Source of the DNA: Octopus sinensis
Lineage: Eukaryota
Length of the DNA stretch: 64,000 nucleotides
Assembly (NCBI RefSeq): GCF_006345805.1
Contig: NC_043015.1
Coordinates: 43,834,001-43,898,000, forward strand
Direction: 5' to 3'
Shown in pieces: positions 22,676 through 35,605 of this stretch (the stretch's first letter is position 1; every line of letters begins with the position of its first letter). Below the pieces are notes generated by a model that did not search any database, was not told where the DNA came from, and worked only from the letters and a program-made list of their open reading frames with translations. Made by a program: the position numbers and the translations under genes.

Positions 22676-22796
22676 ATTTTAAAGGGAGGCTTCAGTCAAT
22701 CACACGGTTCCCAGTACAGGGTTGAATTATATTTTAACGACACCGATAATGAAAAACAAGGTCGAACTCTATGAAGTATTTGTAGTCAGAATATAA

Positions 22797-23490
22797 AGAA
22801 ATACCTATTTCTTTACTACCCACAAGGGGCTAACCACAGAGGGGACAAACAAGGACAGACACACGGATTAAGTTGATTATATCAACTGGTACTTATTTAA
22901 TCGAACCCGAAAGGATGAAAGGCAAAGTCGACCTCGGCGGAATTTGAACTCAGAACGTAACGGCAGATGGAATACTGCTAAGCATTTCACCCGTCGTGCT
23001 AACGTTTCTGCCAGCTCGCCGCCTTATATATAAAGAAATACCTATTTCTTTACTACCCACAAGGGGCTAAACACAGAGAGGACAAACAAGGACAAACAAA
23101 AATAATTCGATAATAAACGATAATATTCGTAACTGGTACTTATTTAATCGACCCCGAAAGGATGAAAGGCAAAGTCGACCTCGGCAGAATTTGAACTCAG
23201 AACGTAGCGACAGACGAAATACTCCTAAGCATTTCACCTGTCTTATATATAAAGAAATACCTATTTCTTTACTACCCACAAGGGGCTAAACACAGAGGGG
23301 ACAAACAAGGACAGACATAGGTATTAAGTCGATTACATCGACCCCAGTGCGTAACTGGTACTTAATTTATCGACCCCGAAAGGATGAAAGGCAAAGTCGA
23401 CCTCGGCGGAATTTGAACTCAGAACATAACGGCAGACGAAATACGGCTACGCATTTCGCCCGGCGTGCTAACGTTTCTGCCAGCTCGCCG
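22797..23490 (-). mobile_element. Tandem array of three family A SINE units
   Basis: Three repeats of ctatttctttactacccacaagggg...gtcgacctcggc.gaatttgaactcagaac. Confidence 0.82.
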
Positions 23491-23626
23491 CTAAGAAATA
23501 CCGCTAAGCATTTTGTCTGACGTCCTAAATGTCCTGTCCACTCGCCGCCTTAATGATCGATGTTATAAATTTCCGCTATAAACTTGGACAGTACGTGTGA
23601 TTAATATATTCCAACTGTTAACTTAC

Positions 23627-23829
23627 CTGCCAGTTCTCATGTCAGCTCTCCGTGCCGTAACACTAACCATTTCACAGTAAATACCAGAATAGGCCACAAT
23701 CATTACACATGTTGGAATAACGAGCATTATAAAGAACATGTAGAGTTCATATAATTTACTCATCTCTGGCGTTGACCATTCCTTGATACACAAATAACCT
23801 TTCATGAAATATCCGACTTCGACAAGTTG
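23627..23829 (-). CDS. Class A GPCR, coding exon (ECL2-TM5-start of ICL3)
   Basis: Acceptor tatttcag| and donor CAG|gtaagt. 203 nt, phase 0 to 2. Encodes QLVEVGYFMKGYLCIKEWSTPEMSKLYELYMFFIMLVIPTCVMIVAYSGIYCEMVSVTARRADMRTG, with the ECL2 Cys and the TM5 P...Y. Confidence 0.93.
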
Positions 23830-24544
23830 CTGAAATAAATATTATTGAATTGACTTTAAACAGGAAAATCCGATTAATTAACGTAATGCAGTTTAATGGA
23901 AGCAACAAGCGATAACGCTTGATTCTATGTTGTTTATAAAATAGCGAAATATAACGTTGCAATGCAAGAAGTGTCCGTTCATAGATCGTTAAATTCTCGT
24001 TAAATTTAACTGAAGTTAAGACAAATGACTTTTAAATTTGCGAAGAGAACAGTAAAACATTATCGTTCATTAGAATATATACATTTCTTTAAGTTATGTT
24101 TGTCATTCAGCTAGGCAAGAAGAAATTGCTAAGTGTGGAAAACAGATGACGGAAAGTGTTATTTGCTTTCGTTTCAAAGGAAACTAGACTCATCCCACGC
24201 ATCGCTCCGCTGACATGTCATCATGACAGACATGTGATCACTGCAATTGGTGTGGTGTTAGTAGTGGTGTCTGAGAATACGACGGGGAGGTGTTAGTGTT
24301 ATGAAGACGTTATTGAACAGTTGCAGGTATGGTAAAAAGATTGCATATTGTTCTGATATTTATTGTATTCATAATTGTGTGAAACAACGAGAGTTTGGAT
24401 ATATTAAGGGAATGCTGCAAATATTATCTCCATTACTCACCCATATGTATATATATATTATATATATATATAATATATATAATATATATATATAATATAT
24501 ATACACATATATATATATGTATGTGTGTGTGTGTGTGTATGTGT

Positions 24545-24612
24545 GTGCATACCTGCATGTATATATGTGTCTGTGTGTTTATGCGTGTGTATACATGTAT
24601 GTATGTATATAC

Positions 24613-24652
<40 letters not shown>

Positions 24653-25300
24653 TTGTGTGTGTGTGTGTGAGTGTATGTTTGTGTGTGTGTGTTTGTGTGT
24701 GGTGTGTTTGTGTCGCTCTAGGCTCACCAAATGACAACAATGAAATGATTAAAGCAAGTAAACTATGAAAGACTATAGCAGCCGAAATTGCGAGGATGAT
24801 CCGGTTCTTGACTGAAGGTTGAAGGCTTCGAATGTCCCGTCCGTGTTTTTTGTATCGTCTTCTAAATGTTTTGCGTTCTTGTCCCAGTTTGTATTTTTTT
24901 ACATATATATATATATGTATGTGTTGTGTGTGTGTGGTATGTGTGTGCCATACCTGCATGTATATATGTGTCTGGTTGTTTATGCGTGTGTTACATGTAT
25001 GTATGTATATAATATATATGTGTGTGTTGTGGTGTGTGTTGTGTGTATGTTTGTGTGTGTGTGTGTGTGAGTGTATGTTGTGTGTGTGTGTTGTGTGTGG
25101 TGTGTTTGTGTCGCTCTAGGCTCACCAAATGACAACAATGAAATGATTAAAGCAAGTAAACTATGAAAGACTATAGCAGCCGAAATTGCGAGGATGATCC
25201 GGTTCTTGACTGAAGGTTGAAGGGTTCGAATGTCCCGTCCGTGTTTTTTGTATCGTCTTCTAAATGTTTTGCGTTCTTGTCCCAGTTTGTATTTTTTTAC
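24545..25300. repeat. ~400-bp tandem duplication
   Basis: 24711-24900 and 25109-25298 are nearly identical (gaaggcttcg vs gaagggttcg). Confidence 0.9.
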
Positions 25301-25420
25301 ATAATATATATATATATATTATATATATATTATATATATATATATATATACATACAATATACAGATTTATGAGAATACATACATGTGTACATATATAAAT
25401 ATGCATTTATGTATGCTTGT

Positions 25421-25474
<54 letters not shown>

Positions 25475-25538
25475 GTGTGTGTGTGTGTGTGTGTGTAACA
25501 ATGACAGAACTACAGAAAATTAAGAATTTGATACAAAC

Positions 25539-25662
25539 CTGTCCAAATAGAATAGGAATAGCCATGAAGAGCGAGAGGAACCAAGTACAGAAGATGACAA
25601 TTTTGGCGTGGACTAAAGTACAGAGGTACTTAGCTTTAAGAGGATACCGGATGGCTATGTAC
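25539..25662 (-). CDS. Class A GPCR, coding exon (ICL2-TM4)
   Basis: Not in the ORF track; found by reading the minus strand. Acceptor ttctctacag| and donor CAG|gtttgt. 124 nt, phase 2 to 0. Encodes (R)YIAIRYPLKAKYLCTLVHAKIVIFCTWFLSLFMAIPILFGQ, which completes ERY and carries the TM4 Trp and Pro. Confidence 0.93.
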
Positions 25663-25737
25663 CTGTAGAGAAGGAATTAATGCATTAGCTTATCTTGGAT
25701 ATATATACTGTCATGTTAAACGAAATATTTCACCTTA

Positions 25738-26108
25738 TTTCTTATTTCTTTATTGCCCACAAGAGGCTAAACATAGAGGAGACAAACAAGGACAGACAGA
25801 GAGATTAATTCCATAACTTCGACCCCAGTGCGTAACTGGTACTTATTCAATCGACCCCGAAAGGATGAAAGCCAAAGTTGACCTCGGCAGAATTTGAACT
25901 CAGAACGTAGCGACGGGCGAAATACCTATTTCTTTACTACCCACAAAGGGCTAAACACAGAGAGGACAAACATGGACAGACAAAAGGATTAAGTCGATTA
26001 TATCGACCACAGTGCGTACCAGTTACGCACTGGGGTCGATATAATCGACTTAATCCCTTTGTCTGTCCTTGTTTGTCTCCTCTATGTTTAGCTCCTTGCG
26101 GGAAATAC
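25738..26108. mobile_element. Family A SINE concatemer ending in an inverted (fold-back) copy
   Basis: Minus-strand units at 25738-26018 are fused to a plus-strand tail at 26024-26108. Confidence 0.78.
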
Positions 26109-26859
26109 AGAAATGCGAATTATTTTCCCATATCTGGATTGGTACTTTGTTATTCACCCTCGAGAGAAGTTGGCATGCAATGCTGAGTTAGGTGGGTTTT
26201 GACCTCGGATTTGAATGTGCCCAAAGGAATACTACGATTCATACCGTAGGATTTATTCCTACTCACTTCATTTTCGATCTAGGTTAATTAAGTTTCCCCG
26301 TGTGTTTCGATATCTTTCGGCATATCGGAATATATTTACAATTAAAAAGATATTATAGCAATATTTTTTCATCAGAATATGATTTACGCAGTATTTAGAC
26401 AATAAAGATGTAAAGTATAAACAAATTTATTTAGTCGCAGACAGGAGACGGATATGAAATTAAAGGAAAGTTGATTGAATGTCAATATTTTGTTACATAC
26501 ATATGTGTCTGGCTGTGTGTTTGTGTGTGCGTGTTTATTTGTTTGTGTGTGTATATTTGTGTGTCATCATTAAAAAATTATATGTCACTGTCTCTCCCAC
26601 GAATTACATAGAATCACACGCCTACACGCACATCTATAAGTGTGCATATATATATATATATATGTCTGTACATATATATGTGTGTAGAGTTATGAATGTA
26701 TGTGTATGGATATATGTATGTATGTATTTATATGTTATATGTATTTTTATATAGGTGTGTATGGTTATATAACGTATATTATGTATCTAACATGACTGCG
26801 AAACAGCTGTTAACTAACAAAATATGTCTTTCACTTCAATTTTTCTTATCTGACCACTA

Positions 26860-27090
<231 letters not shown>

Positions 27091-27756
27091 TAATGTAAAT
27101 ATATTGTAAATGCAAATAAATATATTGTGTGTATGCGTTTGTATTTGTAATATATATACTTATACATACATGCATGCATACATATATGCATACATACAAA
27201 CATACATAAATATATACATACATGTATACATGCAAGCATACATATACACATAATACATACATATATATATATATATACGCCTTACACATAAACTACATAT
27301 GGATATATACATATATACACAGCATGTACATATATATATATAGACATCATACATATATAATATATATATATATAATATATTATATATATATATATATATA
27401 TAATATAATATATATATATATATATATATATTGGTATATGTGTGTTTTATCGTGGTACCATTTTAAGTAGTCATAAATAATTAATTATTATATTTACAAT
27501 CATGACGAAATGGTAATAATATATGATTTCATTTTGATTTACACATTTACTTAAATCTGAAAATGAAATTAAATGTAACAGAATCTTCAAGTCTGAGACG
27601 GGTGGAAACGACATACTGGAAATTTATTGCCAATAAATCAGTTTTTAGATTTATATTTTTATTTTACCATAATGATAGGCAAAAATCGATAAATTTAATT
27701 GAAAAAAAAAAGAAACATAATTTGATTCTAAAATTATTCAGATCTAATAAGTTCCC

Positions 27757-27787
<31 letters not shown>

Positions 27788-27984
27788 CTTCTTCTTCTTC
27801 TTCTTCTTCTTCTTCTTCCTACTCCTCCTCCTCTCCCCCCTCCTCCTCCTCTCCTTCTTCACACCCTCCTCCTCCTCCTCCTCTTCCTCTTCTTCTTCTT
27901 CTTCTTCTTCTTCTTCCTCCTTTCATCCTCTTCTTCTCCTTCCTCCCCACCTCCTCCTCCTTCTTCTTTCATTTAATCTACATG

Positions 27985-29110
27985 TTTTTTACAATCACTT
28001 TGCCAGACTCACCCAACATCCTGGGTCGAGTGAAGGATAAGGATGAGACATGTTACAGTATGACCGAAAGCTAGGGCAGGAGGTTTGGCAGGGCCCATAC
28101 TTAAATATCTTCATGTAATACAACACAGACTTTTAAATGGATAAGGGTTTTCTAAGGATGTGTGCAGTACTTGTCAGCACATTCTTTTGGATTTCTCTGA
28201 GACATGGTTCTCCTGGGATATTATCTAGATGTTTCTGACATTATTTTTTTTTTATCATACACTTAGCACCCACAAAAAGAGGAACATTTCTCGCTTTAAG
28301 TTGCCGCATCTTTTGTATTTCAATTTCCAGATCCTTATATTTACTTAATTTGTCAAATTCCTTTTTATCAGTGGGAACACTTACATCTATTAGTTTACAA
28401 GTATTTTCTTCGCTGATTTTAATAATTATGTTGTGTCAATTAGCCTGGATCGTACTGTCAGAGTTGACTGTAAAAATTCCAGAAGATTGTCACATTTTTA
28501 CCCTCAACGTTCATACCAGTAAGCAGGAGTACTGATTTTATAGTGTTTACATATTTTCCAATGCAAATACTGACTATCCTATAGTTTGGTGTAAACACAA
28601 GACATGCTGAGACGAGATGGTGTATTGTTTCTTCAAATGTGTTACAGAATCTGCATTTAGGGTCAGAACCATTTTGAAAAACGTTAACCTGGTAGATTGT
28701 TTTGGAAGCAAGCTTTGATCTTGTGCCGCCAATAGGAAACCTTCAGTCTCTGCTTTCAGACCAGAACTTCCCAGCCACTGATAGGTTATTGCTTGGTCTA
28801 CATCAACATTTCCACTTCGAAGTATATACTCTCCATTCAGGGACTTCTGGCTCCATGGCCCCTTAAATTTTTCTACCCGTTCTTTTTGCAGTCTGCTTGA
28901 TCCATTTTGTTTGTTTTGTGGTAGTGGTTTCAGACTCTTCAGCTATATCAGGGTTAATGCTAAGTCCCTTGCCATTTTGCAAGCTTCCTTGACAATAGAA
29001 TGTGATTTTTTGCCGCTTTAGTGTTCACACACAAGCCGCGGCATCCAGTCCACTCTACTAGATAAATACCTGTTCATTGCTATTGTGGAGACCTTATAGC
29101 ATAGTTCTAC
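27985..29110 (-). mobile_element. Decayed R4/Dong-type RLE non-LTR retrotransposon, 3' part
   Basis: Minus-strand pieces read WLGSSGLKAETEGFLLAAQDQ, TCKLIDVSVPTD..KLSKYKDLEIEI and EIQKNVLTSTAHILRK. The 3' end runs into a GAA/GGA tract. Confidence 0.82.
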
Positions 29111-30050
29111 TTGCATCATTCCTCTTCCCTCATTGCTTCTAGGTATATGCACTAAGATATATATGTATGCTGGTTCATTTTTCCCTAGACATTCCGATTT
29201 GTTATCCATCGTGAAGAAAAATAGTTGGTTAATACTGCAACTAAAAACACCAGAAGATTACAGAAAGTATGACGATACCTCTGTTATTATAATATATAGT
29301 ATTGTACAAGTGTCAAAAATATTCACGATTTTGTTTAGATTCCGAGAGGCATACAAATACGTTGGAATTTCATTGACTAATATGCCTACTTGTACAAGGG
29401 TCTATGTGTGTATGTATTATACTAATACTTACATACATACATACATACATAGATACAAAGACACGTACGCATGCACACACACACACATTTACATATATAT
29501 ATAAACGTATATACATACATACATACACTTCGGTTGTCGGAATACTTGACGTACAGTGCTTACATTAAACATTTATTGAAGTCACTGCACTGAAGTGGCG
29601 CCACATATAATTTTGTAAAAATATTGAACAATACAACATAGTGTTAAGATAAAAGAGCCTGGAGCTAACGGGAAGAAACCTACTGTATATCACGAAACCG
29701 TCTTTTAATTGAAATATTAATTACAACGTATGATCCGATATCGCTCTAGAATGGCAAACGCACTGAAGATCAGTATGGGGTAAAAATATTTCGGATTCCT
29801 ATAAAATATATGTCGCAATTATCAACGTGTTATTGCTGTTCAATTCCTATCTGCACTTACAAACATTTGAAGAATGCGTACCGGTTAGCTAGTTTGGATT
29901 ATATAACTATGTTACAATTTGTGGTCTAGTATTTGGAGTTATATGAAAGAGAAATAGAGACATATGTACATACATGCGAACACATATCTGCCTACTTCCG
30001 CGTATATATATATATATATATATATACTATAAATATATATGTGTGTGTGT

Positions 30051-30268
30051 GCACGAAGAACTTAAGCGTGCTGTGCGAAAGCGCACGGTTCGTGTAGTGA
30101 ATGGGGAAAGCTTGGTCTGCAATGTTTGCAGTCGCGTATGCTTGTCAAGAGCAGGGCTCATTAGCCACCAACGGAGCCGCAAATGCAAAATATAAGTTTA
30201 GTCCTAGAGGGCACAATGTTCCTGAAGGTCAGCAATGGACTTCCTCGGTCACGAGTGGACGACCATCA
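30051..30268 (+). mobile_element. RTE (BovB-like) LINE extreme 3' end
   Basis: C-terminal CxxC...SH motif: LVCNVCSRVCLSRAGLISHQR*. Confidence 0.65.
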
Positions 30269-31189
30269 TATGTATACACACACACACATATATACATATA
30301 TATACATAATACAAACACTGACCCCCACCACACTTGTCATATTAATGAAAAATATTTTATGCTTATTTAGGGTAATGTAATTTTTTCTGCCATTCGCAGA
30401 CGGTCTGCAATTGCTGAAGTGAGCGATTGGATTTCACTTGTCCCTCAGTAATCAAATGGACACTTTTCGACACCAAAACGGTTGAAAAATAAAGTAAATT
30501 TTGGCAGAATTTGAACGTAGAAATTAAAAGCGATTAAATATCACTAAGCATATTTTGCGGCCTGCTAAATGTCTTGTTAGCTTGCTATCTTTAGGATAAT
30601 ATAATTAAAATGAAATTAATGTAGCCGCAATTTAATATTTAGGAAAATATACAGTATGTTTTTGTGAACTGGTCAATTGAGATTTATAATTAGTAAAATG
30701 TACGCATTAAAACTAGCGTATAGTGATTTAACGCTTTTGATAAGGACTTCCATGAAGCCATCAGTTTCTTCAAGGATACCCACTTTCTGTTTAAAGTGAT
30801 CGAAATTAAAAGCTTTTAGCATGAAGCCAGCTATTTGTTCTGGGCTACCCACTTAAAAGGGATCTTAATTAAAAGCTTTCACCAAAAATTTCGAACTATA
30901 TTCAAACTCCAGAGATTATATACATATTTAGGTATGGGCAAAAGAAGGTATACAGTGTCCAATATGAGTGGAATGCTCTTTTCATTTCTCTGTCTCTGTC
31001 TTAGGATAAGAATTCTATGATTATAGAATTGTTATGTTTAACGAGTTATTTCAGTTTCTCAAATGTGCAATCTTGAAAAGAACACTCCACACATATTAAA
31101 TAATTGTATATATACTTTCCCCCCTCACCTATATATAAACACACATACATCCTTTCTAATGGAGGCAGAAGGTCTAAAGTTTGTGGGGG

Positions 31190-31537
31190 ACTAGTCAATT
31201 ACATCGACCCCAGTACTCAACTGGTACTAAATGTATCGACCCCAAAAGGATGAAAGGTGAAGTCCACCTCAGCGGAATTTGAACTCAGAACGTAGCGACG
31301 GGTGAAATACCTATTTCTTTACTACCCACAAGGGGCTAAACACAGAGAGGACAAACAAGGACAGACAAACGGATTAAGTCGATTATATCAACCCCAGTGC
31401 GTAACTGGTACTTATTTAATCGACCCCGAAAGGATGAAAGGCAAAGTCGACCTCGGCGGAATTTGAACTCAGAACGTAGCGGCAGATGAAATACCGCTAA
31501 GTATTTCGCCCGGTGTGCTAACGTTTCTGCCAGCTCG
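31190..31537 (-). mobile_element. Family A SINE dimer
   Basis: Two units joined at gaaatac|ctatttctttactaccc. Confidence 0.78.
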
Positions 31538-31934
31538 ACAATAACAATGCTAATTGTTATTTTAATTAATTCTGTATTTCAAAATTAACTGAAAGGAAGC
31601 CTGTCCTTTTTAACAAAAAATGGTGACAAATGAGTTATCGTTTGATAACCATACTCTAGACCTAACATACCACCAAATTTAACACCCAGCCATCGGTCAT
31701 TGAGGGCATTTAGTTATCTGGCTATTGTTGAGAGCTTTTGAAAAATGAACACTTTCCCAGCTCCCACTCCACCCATTTTGTTTTTGTTTGCCTGCAGACA
31801 TTGAAATGCAGATATTTACGTTTGGTATAAGTTCCGTTCATCTCATTAAACTGGGAGGGTCTGAAACAGTTAAGGTTGATACTTCTCATCAATGGCTAAC
31901 TTAAACAAAGACAAAGAAACTATCACATACCTAC

Positions 31935-32056
31935 CTCTCTACACTCATCATTGTAAGCGTCATAACGGAGCAAATCATGGAGACATTTTGAACATAGTGA
32001 ACCATTTTACACAGCACGTAACCCATTGTCCAGGTAAATGAGAAAAAGGCGATTCC
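31935..32056 (-). CDS. Class A peptide-type GPCR, internal coding exon (ECL1-TM3)
   Basis: Acceptor tctttgcag| and donor AG|gtaggt. 122 nt, phase 0 to 2. Encodes GIAFFSFTWTMGYVLCKMVHYVQNVSMICSVMTLTMMSVE(R), containing the WxxGxxxC ECL1/TM3 signature and the start of the E/DRY motif. Confidence 0.93.
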
Positions 32057-32825
32057 CTGCAAAGAATACAGGAAAAAGTAAAAGACTGAATAATGTTTAA
32101 TACTAATTAGCAATCGTCTCTTTTACAAATGAGCAAAGGAAATCATGAAAGTAGAAGTCAATTAACGCAAGCTGAAATACAGAAGTATATACAGATTATA
32201 GCATAAAATAAGACGGAGAGTATGCTTTTCTGCTCTAGGCACAAGGCCCGAAATTTTTGGGGAAGGAGCCAGTCGATTAGATCGACCCCAGCTCGCAAAT
32301 GGTACTTAATTTATCGACCTCGAAAGGATGAAAGGCAAAGTCGACCTCAGCTGAATTTGAACTCAGAATGTACACACGGACGAAATAAGACGTAGGATAT
32401 TATAAAAGTACTTTACAGGTTATAAACGGTTTTAATAATTTTCTTAAAGCCCCAAACACTTCAAGATATAAGAAAAAAAAAGTAAAAATATAGATCGTTG
32501 TTGAGTACTATTATGCGGTATTTCAATATTTCAGGTTTAAGACTCTTCCTCAGGAAATTGCCAGATATGTATATTTCATAGTCAAGATATGTATATATCT
32601 TTAGGATAATATAATTAAAATGAAATTAATGTAGCCACAATTTAATATTTAGGAAAATATATAGTGTATTATTAGTGAACTGGTCAATTGTGTTTTATAA
32701 TCAGTAAGATGTACGCATTAAAACTGTTCTTGACTATGAAATATTGAAATACTAGGTAAAAGTACTAACGATCGACCTGTACTTTTAAGTTTTATAAGCT
32801 GTATTGTTCGGGCTTTAATAATATA

Positions 32826-33240
32826 CTCTTTTACTTGTTTCAGTCATTTTACTGTGGCCATGCTAGAGTGCCGCCTGGATACACATGGTTCTGGGTTCAG
32901 TACCACTGCGTGGCACCTTGGGCAAGTGTCTTCTACTATAACCTCGGGCCGACCAAAGCCTTGTTGGTGGATTTGGTAGACGGAAACTGAAAGAATCCCG
33001 TCGTATATATGTATATATATATATGTGTGTGTGTTTGTATGTCTGTGTTTGCTCCCTCCCAACATCGCTTCACAACGGATGCTGGTGTGTTTACGTCCCC
33101 GTAGCTTAGTGGTTAGGCAATAGCGACCGAGAGAATAAATACTAGGCTTACAAAGAGTAAGTCCTGGGGTCGATTTGCTCGACTAAAGGCGGTGCTCCAG
33201 CATGGCCGTCGTCAAATGACTGAAACAAGTAAAAGAGTAA
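32826..33240 (+). mobile_element. Family B SINE whose head is replaced by an inverted copy of its own tail
   Basis: Starts ctcttttacttgtttcagtcatt and ends aatgactgaaacaagtaaaagag. Confidence 0.7.
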
Positions 33241-33274
33241 AAGAGTAAAAAGTGTAAACATACCGAGTGGGTGC

Positions 33275-33315
<41 letters not shown>

Positions 33316-34117
33316 AGAAATAGATAGATAGATAGATAGATAGATAGACAGACAGAGAGGAGGAAATAGTGGAAACACACATTAAATATACACATTACTT
33401 AAGGAAAAAAGAGACAGAGAGGATGACCAGGTATTCTAAGATGTAAGAGAATGAGGAAGAGTGTAAGAGTGTATTATAATAAATATGCAAGTGAAAGCGG
33501 AAGAAAATCGGAAGATTTGAACTTGAAGATGGAAGGTGACATAAAGAATATGAAAATGTAGTAAAATGTTTGATGTCGCTTTGTCTTTAGTTATCGCAGC
33601 GACATAATTAATCCTCTATTTAATTAACTAATTAATATTCTCTTTGAGTTGATTTGAAGTGCTTTTTGAAGTGTTTTAATGCAGTCTCATTTTTAAATAT
33701 TTTTTTTCATTACATAACGGGAAAATGCTTGCGGCTTTCCTATAAGTATAGTAATGTTTGCATGTATACACACACACACATGCACACATAGACACACACG
33801 TACAAACGCAGACATACACACATGTTTGCATGCATGTATGTGTGACTGAGTATAAGTCCATATTTAAAGAGTATGCGAGAGTCACTGAGTGACTACGGAT
33901 GTAGTCATCTCAAAATTCTTGCTAATAAACAGATACATATCTATCCATCCATCCATCCATCCATCCATCCATCCATCCATCTATCTATCTATCTATTTAT
34001 CTATCTATCTGTCTGTGTGTCTGCCTGTCTGTCAATTTATCTGTCTGTCTGCCTGGCCGCTTACATACCTACTTACCTACCTACCTACCTGCCTGTCTAT
34101 GTACCTACCTATGTGTG

Positions 34118-34151
<34 letters not shown>

Positions 34152-34977
34152 TGTATGTATGTATGTATCTATCTATCTATCTATCTATCTACTTGCCTAC
34201 GTACCTACCTATCTACTTGCCTACGTACCTACCTATCTACTTGCCTACCTACCTACCTATCCATCCACCCACCCACCTACAAACCTATCTACCTATGTAT
34301 GTATGTATGTATGTATGTATGTATGTATGTATGTATGTGTATGTATGTATGTATGTATGTATGTATCTATCTATCTATCGACATACACATACTCATACAC
34401 ACAGAAACACATACACACGTAGATGTAGCTATGTATATATGTATGCATCTACCTATATACACACACACACACAAATACACATACACACACGTTCATTTAG
34501 CTGTTTTTCCTGGTTACTGGATTGTGTCATGTCGGGGGAACAAACCTCCAAAGTTTTCGCCCAGGAATACTACACCAATAATTATCTTTGATCTTGGTAC
34601 TTATTTTACCAATGATTATTTATCGAGCAGCTATTTTAATGTACATAAACAACATCACCGGTTTGAAGATGGTACAAATGAAACTCCTTTGATCACAGGT
34701 CTGTTCCACCAGGGTTGAACCGATGCTAATTTATATAATCAACCTTAAATAGATGAAAAACAAATAATCGATACCTGAATACACTAATTTGTTTATTTCT
34801 TCTTCTTCCCGTCTCCCTCACGGCTGTCATTATTGATAACATATCATTTTATGTTTACCAAACAACACCACTCCCATATAGTATTCCGTCAAGTGTGTAG
34901 CTGATCTTGACGTAGCCTTAACCTATTGATAAAACTTTTTTTTTTTATCGAACGAGCAAATAGAATCTCTTTATGTA

Positions 34978-35024
<47 letters not shown>

Positions 35025-35094
35025 ATTGTATGTCTTTGGTTCTTCACTTCTTTTTTTGGATCATGCGATGGTTTAAGTTTTAATATGCCGCACT

Positions 35095-35605
35095 ACCGCA
35101 ATTTGATACAGCGCGACGTCTCTCTTCGTGAGATATATTTTGGATCTTGTAAACGGAAAAAAATAAGAATGTTTAACACTAACGTAAAAGTGGTGTTATT
35201 GTATGGGGCTGAGACATGGTGAACAACAGTTAAGTCAAATAAGCAAATACAATCATTCATCAACAGATGCTTGTGTAGTATACTTAAAATTAGATGGCCC
35301 GAACACATAAGCAATATGGAGCTATGGCAAAGAATAAATCAAGTTTCGATTAGGGAGCAAATATTTAAGAAAAAGTTGAAGTGGATTGGTAGCACAATTA
35401 GAAAAGACACAGCAAATGTAGCGAAAAGTGCTTTACAGTGGAAACCGGATGGATATAGAAGGAGAGGTAGGCCTAAGAACTCATGGTGTAGATCAACACA
35501 AAAGGAACTAGAGAAAGGGGGACATTGATGGCAGAGTATAAGTACAGAAGCGAAAATTATGCGACATGGAATTCAACTGTAAGTGGCTTATACTCCGTGT
35601 TGGAG
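35095..35605 (+). mobile_element. RTE-clade LINE 3' fragment
   Basis: Encodes KIRMFNTNVKVVLLYGAETW and ILKIRWPEHISN...LKWIG...ALQWKPDGYRRRGRPKNSW. Confidence 0.85.

Noticed and set aside
22797-23490. Regularly spaced repeats suggestive of a CRISPR-like array
   Set aside because: Units are ~200-bp SINE bodies without unique spacers, in a eukaryotic context with no cas genes.
24579-24959. Basic stretch plus hydrophobic segment resembling GPCR ICL3-TM6
   Set aside because: It lies in a tandemly duplicated repeat, has no splice sites in phase, and the real ICL3/TM6 exons are found elsewhere.
28378-28540. GTAAGT donor-like site initially considered for the missing TM4 exon
   Set aside because: The sequence translates as the RLE endonuclease of an R4-like element; the true TM4 exon is 25539-25662.
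33873-34718. Long ORFs such as 281 aa (+) and the many [12 protein letters not shown] ORFs across the window
   Set aside because: They are translations of (AT)n, (GT)n, (TATC)n and (CATA)n microsatellites, which lack stop codons by construction.
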